DNA of 64,000 nt from Squalus acanthias (lineage: Eukaryota), in assembly GCA_030390025.1 (NCBI GenBank), contig CM059433.1, positions 16,680,001-16,744,000 on the forward strand. The letters are read 5' to 3'. Under the pieces are notes generated by a model that saw only the letters and a program-made list of their open reading frames with translations, was not told the origin of the DNA and searched no databases. A program made the translations under genes and the position numbers. This document shows positions 25,350-37,980 of the stretch, piece by piece (positions within the stretch are counted from its first letter, which is position 1; the number at the start of each line of letters is the position of its first letter).

Positions 25350-26026
25350 TTCTCCCGCCCCACAGCTTTCTCTCCCCTTACCACCCTCTTGAACAAAAGT
25401 AATAGGGTGTATTTTCCGGCTGTTGCTCCCCGGAACACCCAGCTCCCCAGACGCAAAGGTCGAGAGAAAGGGCTGCAGCAGGCCCAGTTCAGCGGTTCCC
25501 CCACTCCTTTAATGTTGCCCTGGGATTCCTGGTGCTTTCTCTGGGACAGAGGGAAGAGTTTGGCCTGCACCTACAATAGGGGCCGGGCAGTTGGAGGCAC
25601 TCAAATGAGGCAGGGAGGGGGTGAGGTGGCGTTCTTGGCTTCTTGACTCATTTTCCTGATCAAGGGTGAGCTACAAGCCCAGCACAGAGATGCCCAGGAA
25701 ACCTGACGCTGTGGCCTGACCCCAGACCCCTGGAAGGTCCGTAGGGGTCAAGCGGGGGCGGGGGCGGGGGGGGGGGGGGGGGGGGGGCGGTCAAAGACTC
25801 GAGTTGAGGATTACTTTGACGTTTTCTGCTCCACCAGGATGTTTTAGTCAAATCATGACTCTTTAGCTGCCTGTCTTCATCAGCGGCCGGAGGGTCTTGA
25901 TGTCTGAAACCTGACACAGCTTCGGGCCTTTGAGGCCTGCACCTTGTTTTCCTGCCCCTTTCACTGGTGCTCGGCTCCACTGGAAGCCCAGCACCATGTA
26001 AGTGGCCCGTGATAGGAAATCCCGGC
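25350..26026. mobile_element. Probable eroded GC-rich MITE with G-run
   Basis: GC-rich block ending ggaaatcccggc, like the other MITE right ends; left TIR not seen. Confidence 0.35.
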
Positions 26027-26144
26027 GATCATAGAGCTGAACACTTTAGGTGCACTGCTTCTGTCTAACATTGGGGCAGGTATATCAGCCCAAGTGACCC
26101 TTGCTGCGGTATGCTTCGATGATTTTTGGCAGCCCTCCAGTGCC

Positions 26145-26390
26145 TCGCACAAGTACCCATTATTCATGTGCGAACCAAGACATGAGTGCCAGTAGGCTAT
26201 TCATCATGGAAGGGCATCACAGCCAAACCTGTTCCTGTCCTCATCAGATGCCCATGCATAGCCTTTCCAGTAGTGGTGAGCAACTGTAGCGCTGGCTAAT
26301 TTATTTCCCCTTTCTAGCGTGAAGGCACCAAGGTCAAATAAGGTCTGGCTGAAATCAGCTAACACAGCATAGGCCACAGACTGAATCAAT
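26145..26390 (-). mobile_element. Old tRNA-derived SINE (family of 40070-41000)
   Basis: Reverse complement shares ctgtg..gagtt(a/g)gc and aatagc...cactca blocks with the 40 kb copies. Confidence 0.5.
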
Positions 26391-26424
26391 AACGTGCACT
26401 TCGATAGCGCCTTTAACGTAGAAA

Positions 26425-27047
26425 ACATAGAAACATAGAAAAATAGGAGCAGGAGTAGGCCATTCGGCCCTTCGAGCCTGCTCCGCCATTCAATATGATC
26501 ATGGCTGATCCTCTATCTCAATACCATATTCCCGCTCTCTCCCCATACCCCTTGATGCCTTTTGTGTCTAGAAATCTATCTATCTCCTTCTTAAATATAT
26601 TCAGTGACTTGACCTCCACAGCCTTCTGTGGTAGAGAATTCCACAGGTTCACCACCCTCTGAGTGCAGAAATTTCTCCTCATCTCAGTCCTAAATGTCCT
26701 ACCCCTTATCCTGAGACTGTGACCCCTCGTTCTAGACCCCCCCAGCCAGGGGAAACATCCTCCCTGCATCCAGTCTGTCTAGCCCTGTCCGACTTTTATA
26801 CGTTTCAACGCAATCCCCTCTCATTCTTCTAAACTCTAGTGAATACAGGCCTAGTCGACCCAATCTCTCCTCCTACGACAGTCCTGCCATCCCAGGAATC
26901 AGTCTGGTGAACCTTCGCTGCACTCCCTCTATGGCAAGTATATCCTTTCTTAGGTAAGGAGACCAAAACTATACACAGTACTCCAGGTGTGGTCTCACCA
27001 AGGCCCTGTACAACTGTAGTAAGACATCCTTGCTCCTGTACTCAAAT
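26425..27047 (-). mobile_element. CR1 LINE 3' end inserted in an L2 tail
   Basis: Reverse complement closely matches 21750-22360; (catagaaa) tail at 26425. Confidence 0.95.
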
Positions 27048-27049
27048 TG

Positions 27050-27365
27050 TGTACAAAAAACGCCCAGGATGATTCACAGAAGCGTAATCAGCCAAAACTG
27101 GATGCTCAGCCAAGGAACAAAGTATTAGGAGTGGTGACTAAATGCTTGGTCAAAGATGTGGGTTTTAAGGCGGATCTTAAAGGAGGAGAGGGAGGTGGAG
27201 AAGCGGAAAGTTTGAGGGAAGGAATTCCAGAGCGTAGCGACTAGACGGCTGAAGGTATGGCCACTAATGGTGGGGGGAAAGGAGTGGGGGATGCACAAGA
27301 GGCCAGAGTTGGAGGAACGCAGAGTTCCCGCAGTGCTGTAGGGCTCAAGAAGATAACAGAGATAA
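27050..27365 (-). mobile_element. L2 3' fragment
   Basis: LRSSNSGLL...LWNS...FK..LKT C-terminal remnant. Confidence 0.75.
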
Positions 27366-27479
27366 TGCTTGCCCACTCTCTGTGGCTCAGTACCCCATCA
27401 CATAGCACAATTACATACTAAGCCACCAGGAAAATTGCATAGAATCTATTTAACAAAAGAAATGGGCTTTTTAAAAAAA

Positions 27480-27928
27480 TATATTCATTCACGGGATGTG
27501 GGCGTCGCTGGCAAGGCCCATCCCTAATTACCCTTGAGAAGGTGGTGGTGAGCTGCCTTCTTGAACCGCTGCAGTCCGTGTGGTGAAGGTACTCCCACAG
27601 TGCTGTTAGGCAGTGAGTTCCAGGATTTTTACCTAGTGACGATGAAGGAATGGTGATACATTTCCAAGTCAGGATGGTGTGTGACTTGGAGGGGAACTTG
27701 GAGGTGGTGGTGTTCCCATGTGCCTGCTGCCCTTGTCCTTCTAGGTGTTCCAGGTCATGGGTTAGTAAGTGCTGTTGAAGAAGCCTTGGCGAGTTGCTGC
27801 AGTGCATCTTGTAGATGGTACACACTGCAGCCACGGTGCGCCGGTGGTGGAGGGAGTGAATGTTTAAGGTGGTGGATGGGGTGCCAATCAAGCGGGCTGC
27901 TTTGTCCTGGATGGTGTCGAGCTTCTTG
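27480..27928 (-). mobile_element. CR1/Jockey-group LINE 3' end (distinct family)
   Basis: SLHHRRTVAAVCTIYKMHC ORF2 C-terminus and an A-rich tail (gtgaatgaatat). Confidence 0.7.
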
Positions 27929-28224
27929 ATTCATAAATTCATAACTACATTTAATAATACAGGAACTTGGGAAGTGTAATGAGTGCATTGATGCTACAGC
28001 ATTCAATATCACTGCATCTCTATCATTCAGTAATAAATATACCCTGTTAGATATATATGGGTAGATTTTACAAATTGGCACTCCTTGCGTTGAGCTTTGC
28101 ACAGTGGCATTTGTACATGGAGGGTAGTGCAGCCCAAACAATTTTCCATCAACTAACTTTATCCCATTAAATATTGTATTGTCTGTTTGATTATTTCTCT
28201 TCGGTAGTTTCCACACTGCATTAT

Positions 28225-28603
28225 GGGCCAAATTTTCCAAGACCCTGCATCACGTAACTGGTGACTTAGAAAAAAATCGCTGGTACATTGCGCACAATAT
28301 TCTGTTACTTTAAGAATAGAATCTTAGAGTCATGAAGCACAGGAGGAGGCCATTCAGCCCTTCGTGTCTGTGTCAGCTCTTCCTCCTGCCAATGGACTTT
28401 TATCTACTTTATCAAAACCCTTCATCATTTTGAACACCTCTATTAAATCTCTCCTTAACCTTCTCTGCTCTCAGGAGAGCAACTTTCCGTCAAGAGATGG
28501 AAATTCACAGACAATGCACTCATAATTTTCTGAGAAGCCGCCCACTACATCCGAGGCCCTGTTGGTAACAAGTGGTAACAAGTGGTCCTGCAAAATTTAC
28601 CCT
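28225..28603. mobile_element. MITE with nested CR1 tail (~28315-28480)
   Basis: TIRs gggccaaattttcca / tgcaaaatttaccct; TAT on both flanks. Confidence 0.65.
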
Positions 28604-29719
28604 TATATCTCTAAAGGTATAAAAACGAATTGGAAAAACCGTTTTCTGAATTGTAACTTTAGAAATGTGTTATATCACTACAACCGAAGACAAAGAAAGC
28701 ACAGAACACCTCCAATTCTTTCACGTTGATGACAAAAAATTACTCTTAACTGTACGGTAGAAATTTCTGTGTTTACAATATAGATAAAACAATGTTTTGC
28801 ACTGGGGGCCTCAGCCTATTTGAAAAGGCTACGACTTGAGTTCATTTCTTCCTACAACCATGTTTGGCAGCTGCCAACTCCCAGGAAGCCACTGTGCTTA
28901 CATTTCCTAGCATACAGCAGTCTGAACGTATACCGTGAAAAAAGTCCGAGCGTGTATCAGTACGGTTATTTGCAAGCAATCTATGCAGTACTCTGAAGCC
29001 CCTCACTCTTCAAAGCTACAGCAATAATTTTGAGTTTGCCTCTTCTTCCTAAGGACTTGAAAACAGGGTAAAGCATAAACTTTTTTGAGATAAGTATTGA
29101 CAGGAAAACTATTTTCAAAGGTTTATGTATAGTCAGAGGGAAAAAGAAAATGAGAGAAACTGAGACGGTGAAAGTAAAGAGAGAGACAGACTGAGGGAGA
29201 ACGAGCGTGGATTTTTTATATTTTAAATGGTTACAGAAACTGCCTTTCATTTATACTGAGAACTTATAGTTGTTTATAAAACGAGATTTATTTAAGTAAC
29301 TGTGATATTTGTTCCTTTAGCTACATGCTGTGGGTAAGGAAAACATTTATTTTTTTAACGAACTAATCAGGAAATACTGTTTCTGGGGAGATCTTTTACC
29401 AACCGCTTTCCAAATTCTTTTAGTGCACTCATTCCCCATTTCCATATCCTAGCACCACATTTGCAACAATGTAATCTCTGACTCACTGTAAGTAGCACCA
29501 TGAGATCTGCTTTATATATACGTCTAGCGTCCAGTATGCACATGGTACACTCCGGATGTCATACTTCAGGCATGACCGTCAAGACATTACATTTTGTTAC
29601 AGATGCAAAATGGTCTTTTATATTAAAAAAAATAAAGAAAAAAAAGGCATTTCGTCCTGGGTTCTGATCTGGATCTTGACATTTACAAACAGTTTTCTGA
29701 CCTCTAATTCATTGCTAAG

Positions 29720-30115
29720 AAAGAACTTGCATTTACATAGCACCTTTCACATCCTCAGGATATCCCAAAGTTCTTACAGCCAACAAATTACATTTGAAGT
29801 GTAACCACAAAGCAAGTTCCCATAAGCAGCAATGAGATAAATGACCAGTTAATTTATCTTTGGGGGTTGTTGGTTGAGAGATAAATGTTGGCCAGGGGAC
29901 CAGGAGATCTCCCTGCTCTTCTTCAAATAATGCCAGGCAGACAGGGCCTTGGATTGACATCTCATCTGGAAAATGCCACCTCTAACAAAGTAGTACTCCC
30001 TCAATACTTCCCTGAAGTGTCAGCCTAGCTTATATGCTCAAATCCTGGAGTGAGGATTAAACCCACAACCTCCTGACTCAGAGATGAAAGTGCTACCGCA
30101 GAGCCACGCTGACAC
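29720..30115 (-). mobile_element. Deu-domain SINE
   Basis: Reverse of the 12325-12750 family (ctccctgctcttcttcaaat, catctcatc, gtgtcagcctag). Confidence 0.75.
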
Positions 30116-31328
30116 TTTACAAACTGACAAGTTATAGCCACCTACAATTGCCTGGATTTTCACAGGGAGTACTTGACCAGTGCCTTTAAATGAACAGGCT
30201 GGGTTAGCAGCCTAACATCAGAACCATGCTCCGGACCCCAAAGTACCCGTGAGCAATGCCATGGGAGATCTGCTAGCCTTGTTACAAAACTTGTTCCCTT
30301 CATTAAGTGGCAAATTAGGTTATTCGGTGAGTCGCGATCTGCAAAGGACCATCTAGTTTAAGCTAAGAATAATGGTGATATAAAATGCACCATTCTCCAG
30401 TATGAAGTGTATACCATCCCCCATTTTATCCAGAAGCTGCTGACGTTTTTTTAGCAGAACGTATTGCATGGCCGAATACTGATGAAAATATGAGGGAGAC
30501 TGGAAAAAGATACAACCCTCCTTTCTGATAACATATTTTCCATGAGGATCCTTCAACAAGCTTACTGTGTTTTTCATGAGGAAACTTATTCAAGACAGAC
30601 TTCACAGTAGTACAGGGACAGAGTATTGTATGCTTTGTTTCACAGCTTCCTGTAGACAGTCTCGACTTGTCATATCTCAAGGGGGTTTATATTCTTTTGT
30701 CACAATTTTTAAAAAAGAACTAACTTACAATAATTGCTGCCCTGCACATCAACTGTCAACCTTTAGATATTTTTTTCTGACACTTCCAGGCCTGAGGATA
30801 TAGAACAACATTTGGACAGATTGTAATTTTTTAACAGTCAGCCTCTCACCACCTGATCAAGATAAGTTACTCAATTTAAGTAAATGCTGGTTTATCTCTT
30901 GAAATGATCACAAGTGTTAATAACAATGCAAAGTGGATTTCAGAGAAATGATTAAAAGCTGATGAGATATAAATTAACAAGTGACTTCTTTAAACTCAGG
31001 CTTGTGGGTGCCGTGCAGTGAACAATGACTTCATTGAAGCAATTAGAACAAACAATTACAGATTTCTAATCCAGTGGGGTGCGTGCGGGCCGCGTGGCGG
31101 GTCGGAACCGCGCTGTTCCGATTATCCCGTTCCTCAGCGACTTTCCATTAATGGGTCCTACTAAATCAGGCCTGCGCGTTTCCCGGCCCTATTAAATGGT
31201 GCTGGTCTGATGACTCATTTCCAGCGGGGATATTTAAAGCGGCTTTGGCCACATCGCATTTAAAGGTTCATCTAGGAGTGTGCAGGGAGGATATATAACA
31301 ATCTAGTTGCTGCATCAGACTTGCAAAG

Positions 31329-34228
31329 ATAGCTTCCCAAAGACAGAGGGCTGCACCCAGGTTTTTCCGATGACTCCCTACATATTCTTGTGGAGGGAGT
31401 CAGAGCACGCAGGGAGGTCCCCTCCCCCGCTGATGGGCGGAAGAGACCTCTCCAGGAGACAAAAAGAGCCTGGCTCCAAATAGCTGAGGAGGTCAACAGC
31501 AGGGATGTGGTGAGGCAGACCTGGGTGCAGTGATGGAAGCGCTTCAAAGAACTCACGAGATCAGGAAAGGTGAGTGCAAAGCCACACTCAACTTCATCCT
31601 GCTGTGCCTGTCACCACATCCCCATCACTCTGCCTTCCCAAGCCTGCCCCTGCACATCCTTACTCCCACCACCAACAACAACAACAATTTGTATTTATAT
31701 AGCGCCTTTAATGTAGTAAAACATCCCAAGGCGCTTCACAGGAGTGTTATAAGACAAAATATTTGACACCGAGTCACATAAGGAGATATTAGGGCGGATG
31801 ACCCAAAGCTTGGTCAAAGAGGTAGGTTTTAAGGAGCATCTTAAAGAGGAAAGAGAGGTAGCAAGGCGGAGAGGTTTAGGCAGGGAATTCCAGAGATTAG
31901 GGCCCAGGCAACAGAAGGCACAGCCACCAATGGTTGAGCGATTATAATCAGAAGGGCAGAATTAGAGGAGCGCAGATATCTCGAGGGTTTGTGGGGCTGG
32001 ATATTACAGAGATAGGGAGGGGGCGAGGCCATGGAGGGATTTGAAAACAAGGATGAGAATTTTGAAATCGAGGCGCTGCTTAACCGGGAGCCAATGTAGG
32101 TCAGCGAGCACAGGGGTGATGGGCGAACGGGACTTGGTGCAAGTTAGGACATGGGCAGCCAAGTTTTGGATGACCTCAAGTTTATGTAGGGTAAAACGTG
32201 GGAGGCCAGCCAGGAGTGCGTTGGAATAGTCAAGTCCAGAGGTAACAAAGGCATGGATGAGGGTTTCAGCAGCGGATGAGCTGAGGAAGGGCGGAGACGA
32301 GCGATGTTACGGTGGTGAAAATAGGCAGTCTTGGTTATGCTGTGGCTATGCGGTCGGAAGCTCATTTCAGGGTCAAATATGACACCAAGGTTGCGAACAG
32401 CGTGGTTCAGCCTCAGACAGATGCTAGGGAGAGGGATGGAGTCAGTGGCTAAGGAGCGGAGTATGTGGCAGGGACCGAAAACAATGGCTTCGGTCTTCCC
32501 AATATTTAATTGGAGAAAATTTCTGCTCACTGGATGTCGGACAAGCAGTCTGACAATTTAGAGACCATGGAGGGGTCGAGAGAAGTGGTGGTGAGGTAGA
32601 GCTGGGTGTCGTCAGCATATATGTGGAAACTGACGCTGTGTTTTCAGATGATGTCGCTAAGGGGCAGCATGTAGATGAGAAATAGAAGGGGGCCTTGCAC
32701 ATCCATCCAGCCCTCTCTCTCTATCTACATACTCACATCCCCCTCTGACTAACCAGCCCTCACACTCACCCTCATCCTAATGCACTCATACCATGTAACA
32801 CCACACAAGGAGGCCATTTGGCATTGGCACTTTGGCATTGGCACCACACTCCCTCATAGTCACCCTCTACAGATGTAACCCACACATTCCTTACACTCAT
32901 GCCATCACTCTCGCTCAAACTTCTCTTCTTTCCCTCCTCGCAGGAGAAATGAGCGCACAGCAACAGAGAGAGGGAGAGAACCTGGAGGTGGCCCTCCATC
33001 CATCGCCACTTTGACAGCAGCAGAGGAGGTCACCCTGGAGGTGTCAGGAGTTGCGGAGCAGCTGGCAGTGGGAGACGGAGAGAGGGGGGACATCTCAGCA
33101 ACCTGGTGACAGAAATATATCTCATACAGCCACATGGCAAACAACAGTCACTCATATGGTGACTGATGTCAGCAGCCAGTAAATGTTCATCATGTGCATA
33201 ATGGTATCGTTACCCATTCTTAATATAACATTTCTAAATCATCTCTTTACTCTCCCACAAGTCCATCAAGAGCCCCCCACCCCCACCCCACCCCGCTCAC
33301 ACTGTCCAGCCAGAGGAGGAAGACAACTCCTCAGAGGAGCGTCCAGCCTCTGAGAGTGCACCATCACCAGACATAAGTGCACCCAGATACGCACACCTCG
33401 GTGGGTCCTACACAACATAGAGCAGTGTTGTCATCTGGTGTCTCACAAGTCACAAGTGAGCAAGAGCAGATGGTGGAGACAGGGACAGCAGTGGAGACTC
33501 CTCGCTGGAGGGCGCAGGATTCCTAGCTCTGCTCAGCTGCATGCAGACACTGCGCCTGGGGAGGGGGGGGGCCATCGAGAAGGAGGATGATCCTGGAGGT
33601 GCAGGAAGAAGTGCAGGTGGCTCTGACTGGTATTGCGGCCGCGAGGTCTGCCAATGTGCAGAGAATGGAGGAGTCCATCTCCAACATGAGCACCACCGTG
33701 TCGCAGGCAATGGCGACGACATGCTCTTCCATGGACAGGATGGCCACCTGCATGGAGCAGCTAATGCACCACTCACAGGAGCACATGCTATCTATGGAGA
33801 ACAGATGGCAGAGGCTCATAGACCTCCTCTCTATGAGGGATGTCAACATAGACTTGGATCCTCATGGCCCCACTGCTGTGCAGCAAGGTGCTCTCCAGCT
33901 CCTTGCTAGCAGGGAAATGTGGGTGGCCCATGGGAGGAATGATGGTGAGAGGGGACATGGAAGTGGGGACTCCTCTCAAAGCGCTCAGACTTCTCCCCCA
34001 TTGCCACCCCCTCAGTCAGAGCCCCAGATGCCTCCTCGGATCACGATGGCCGAGTCTTCCCCTGCACAGTCGCAGGAGCAGCAGACTTTGGCTGGGCCAT
34101 CACAGGCTCCAAAACCCAGAGGACGTCCGCCAAAAGTGTTTACACAGTCGCAACAGGGAAGTGAGCAGCCTGCCTCTACCTCTGCTGAAGCCACAGAGGT
34201 TGCAACTCATAGAAGCACGTGTAAATGA
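31329..34228 (+). pseudogene. Harbinger Myb/SANT-like DNA-binding gene, 3 exons (~31329-31569, 32944-33105, 33261-34228)
   Basis: RAAPRFSDDSL..LVEGV...AWLQIAEEVNSR...TWVQ*WKRFKEL; donor AAG|gtgagt at 31569, acceptor at 32943; start codon and exon-3 acceptor mutated. Confidence 0.85.
31672..32695 (-). mobile_element. L2 LINE 3' fragment inside intron 1 of the Harbinger Myb gene
   Basis: YADD (gtcgtcagcata at ~32608 on plus), NFLQLNIGKTE, VRNLGVIFD; absent from the paralogous intron at 52423-52766. Confidence 0.9.
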
Positions 34229-34534
34229 AAAATGACACAGAAGCAGATGCACAAGGGTGTTTAAAGAAGTGTTATTTGTTAAGGTTCCGTTAATGTTATG
34301 ACACATATAAAACTATTTATTTTCACCACTTTCCTGTCATGTTGATTTTTGTTTGCTACTTTGAAAGTGACTTAGTGAGTTGGAGTGAATGGTGAGATAT
34401 AAATTTACCTCCAGCAATGGGGGTCAGTGTGAAAGGAATGGCTTGGTCAATGTAGGGATGCTTTATGGTGTTGTTGAGGGGACAGCAGGAACTTGGCACA
34501 GCATGTGGCAGCCATATGGGTGTAATGCAGGAAC

Positions 34535-35701
34535 TTATGTAAATCTGGCCATGATGAGGCTATCCCTGGCCTCCTGGGCAACAATGTGCTCCGATGCTGC
34601 TGGCATCTGGACCTCACGTTCCTCCTGCTCCTCCTCCTCGTCTTCCAGCTGATGCTCCTCCTCTGAAGAGGGTGTGCGCTCTGTGCCTTGCTCCTCATAC
34701 AGCGCTAATCCTTGTTGCTGTGCTATGTTGTGCAGTGCGCAGCAGATGATGACGATTCTGGATACCCGGTACTGAAGGGCTCCTCCAGATCTGACAAGGC
34801 ATTAGAAGCACATTTTCAGCATGCCTATTGTTTGCTCTATGACACATCTGGTGGACATGTGGCTTTCAGTATAGCGCTCCTGGGCCTCAGTACTTGGCGT
34901 CCTCAAGGGTGTCATGAGCCACGTCTTCAGTGGATAGCCCTTGTCTCCAAGCAGCCAGGTGGTAAATGTGTTTGGCGGTGCAAAGAGCTGAGGGAGGGTG
35001 GACTGGCGTAGGACGAAAGGGAATCTGGCACACACCTGCATGATGATCTTCCACCGGTTGCAGACCAGCTGCACACTGAGGGAGTGGAAGCTCTTGTGGT
35101 TCACAAACACTCTTGGGTGATGATGGGTTGCCCTGATGGCCATGTGTGCAGTCGATGATACCCTGCACCCGTGGGAAGCCAGCCAGAGTGGCAAAGCTGA
35201 GCGCCCGCTCAGTGACACTGGCGTCATCAGTGGAAAAGTTGATTTAATTGGCTGACATGTCAAAGAGGGCATCGGTGACCTGTGTGATGCATCTGTGGGT
35301 GGCCGACTGCGAGATCCCGCAAATGTCTGCTGCAGATCCCTAGAAGGAGCCAGAGGCAAAGAAGTTGAGGGCGGTGGTGACTTTGACAGCCACTGGTAAG
35401 GCATGTCCACCAGGTCCTCTGGGCAGCAGGTCTTGTTCCAGAAAGCTGCAAATGTCTGCGACGGCCTGTGACTCCTTTGGCACTGCTGCTCAGTCATGTC
35501 CAGGAAGCTCATCCTCTGCCTGTATACCCTGTGTTGGGGGTATCGCCTCTGGTGCGCTGCAGCCCTGCGCTGATGCCCTCTGTCCTGTGGAGCATCAGGT
35601 TGTTGAGAAGAAGGTTGTTGGTGTGCCTGCTTCTGCTGGTGTTAGGGCTCATCGTGGTCCGATTCTGAGGATCAGGGTGAGACAGTATAAATGGCACCCA
35701 T
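34535..35701 (-). pseudogene. Harbinger (HARBI1-like) DDE transposase, frameshifted
   Basis: [38 protein letters not shown] and [13 protein letters not shown] motifs carry the D-D-E triad; acidic C-terminal tail. Confidence 0.92.
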
Positions 35702-36479
35702 GCTGATATAATAAATGGCAGGTCAAGTAGAGATCAGAGAAGCAATCTGTCAATGGTGTAATAGTTAGTAGCAATGAGGTGAGAGTGGCATCCGAAGTTC
35801 CAGAAAATACTTGCAAACTCTAGACACCTAAATCTGTTCTCAAAATGCAGTCACCAAGAGCCTTTCCCTTAGGCAAGTAATGAGGTGTCATGTGGGAGTA
35901 TTTATTGGGATTTCCATGCTCTGCATTAATGACCTCGATCAATGGCCACTGAGCTTCCGCCTCAGCTTGACAGACGTGGTTCCCGAGCTGCCGTGATTCC
36001 CGTGGTCATCCAGTGAAAATCAAAAGGTCTGGTAAAAAACACTGTTAAAGTCTGACAAGAAGGTTTTAATGAGCTAAATTAGATCGCCCGCCTCTGTCAT
36101 TCGGGTCCGTCCCGTGCTGGCAAACGCGCCCGATTTAAAGGCGCGAGGAGGCGGGATGATTGGCGGGTTTCCGACACGCTCCATTTTTCTCCGACTTTTA
36201 CTGCCGACCCGCCTCCAATCCCGCATGCACGGCAGCGGGAAAATCCAGCCATGAGGTTAGTCCTGAGGCAGGGGGGAGATAAATGTTCTGTTTGAGTCCA
36301 GTACATGAACTGCTTCTGTAGTCCCACAACTGTAGATGTATAAATCAAATTTCAAAATTTCAAAACCAGCTGACTTACTATGGCTTCTCAGCTTAAAGAA
36401 ATAATGTTCCTCCCCTGAATAATTTGAAGAAACAAAATAATGTATCAGAAACAGATCCTGATGAGTGAGGTTTTGGGGA

Positions 36480-37450
36480 GGGGCCTAGAGATGGTGGAGC
36501 AGAAGACCAGGCCCCTAATTCCTACTGCAGGCTATATGTGAAGGTTTCTCTAGGTGCTCCACAGAAAGCCAAGCCAGACACACTACATTCGGTTACATAA
36601 GCCTTTCCCAGCAAACGCCCAACACTTACTTTATCCCTCACAACAACCAGCTCCGATCCATCCACCTCAGGGGATTTAGATAGTGAATTCGAGGAGAGTA
36701 TGCTGGGTGAGACGGCAGTTCAGGTAAGCAGGAGCTGATCATGAGGCAAAGGAGGACGGGGGAACCAGCTGTCTGGTGGGCCTGTTTGCGTTGCTGTATT
36801 TAAAAGACGAATGCTTTCCAGGCGTCAACATTTAGATAAGGCGTTGGTGTTGCACCTGAGCAGTGGGCTGCAGATGGGGGCTAAGATTGAGGCGTCCATT
36901 ATTTGCACGTGCACAGCCTTGCACAGTAGTTTCACAACGCTGCAGTCTACCATGGAGTGTGCAGTAACTATAGGGTCATCTGCAGTGGAGCCCCCCCTCC
37001 CCCATCACCTATATCAGAGGCTCTAGGGGCAGGATGCTGCCATAGATGCCTGGGATTCCAGAGCGAAACAGCTTTCTCTTCTAGTTTCATTCAGCTTGGG
37101 AGTCACCTAGAGAGAACTATGAGGCAGGACTTGACTGATCTCACTGCTGCCACTGGGACTGAGGTCATGTCCGTCAGGGGCCAAGGAGATGGAGTCTGCA
37201 GTCGCAGAGGCATGGCTCCAATGGGTATGGAGGATGGTGCTGTTTCCTCAGGATGGAAACACACCCAACCCCTTTCACCATGTCCTTCCAGTCCTTGCAG
37301 TTGTGCCAGAATGCATGCAAAGCCAGGTCATCCATGCAGTTGTGGAAGTGACAGAGCCCGTTGCTAGGCCATCCTAAGGGCCCAGCTGTAATGTGGCTGT
37401 AATGTAACCTAAACATCCACCCCTCCACCACCGGCATACTGTGGCTGCGT
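36480..37450 (+). mobile_element. Possible decayed Myb-gene segment of another Harbinger subfamily
   Basis: Weak resemblance (accagctc..at..cacctc; KRRMLS...IEAS) to exon 3 of the neighbouring element. Confidence 0.3.
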
Positions 37451-37469
37451 GTTTACGTCAAGAAGCAAA

Positions 37470-37980
37470 GTCTGTTTTTATTTCAGATTTCCAGCATCTA
37501 CAGTATTTTGCTTTTGTTTCAGTGTCTAATTCACTACCCCTTCTCTTCCAGGAATTCCCACCTTGAAGAAGTTCTGCTCTTCTCTCCTATGGGATTTCCA
37601 TTTGTCTCTTTTACCTTGTTCACCTTCATTACTCTCTGTTTCCCTTTTCGTGTTTGATCGTGTATATACTACAGATGTAATTAGTGGGAGGTTTAGAGGA
37701 GATTTGAGGGGAAATTTCTTCACCCAGAGGGTGGTGGGGGGTCTGGAACTCACTGCCTGAAAGGGTGGTAGAGGCAGGAACCCTCACCACATTTAAAAAG
37801 TGCTTGGATGTGCCCTTGAAGTGCTGTAACCGACAGGGCTACAGACCAAGAGCTGGAAAGTGGGATTAGGCCGGATAGCTCTTTGTCGGCCGGCGCGGAC
37901 ACGATGCTGTAAATTTCTACGATTCTATTCTATTTAAGATGCTGCCTAACCTGCTGCGTGTTTCCAGCATTTTTCATTTT
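37470..37980 (+). mobile_element. Penelope terminal-repeat fragments flanking a CR1 3' tail (37675-37930)
   Basis: ttcagatttccagcatc..cagtattttgc and ccttgaagaagttctgctctt shared with 39530-39630; CR1 ttcttcacccagagggtggtg. Confidence 0.7.

Larger units (their letters stand above)
31060..36250. mobile_element. Near-full-length PIF/Harbinger transposon (convergent Myb/SANT and DDE genes), inactivated
   Basis: Subterminal ggcgggtcgg / ccgacccgcc inverted motifs; right end gaaaatccagcc; two convergent gene remnants; left TIR eroded. Confidence 0.9.

Noticed and set aside
34802..35512. Host HARBI1 gene
   Set aside because: Frameshifted, paired with a Myb gene inside transposon ends, and has paralogous copies nearby.
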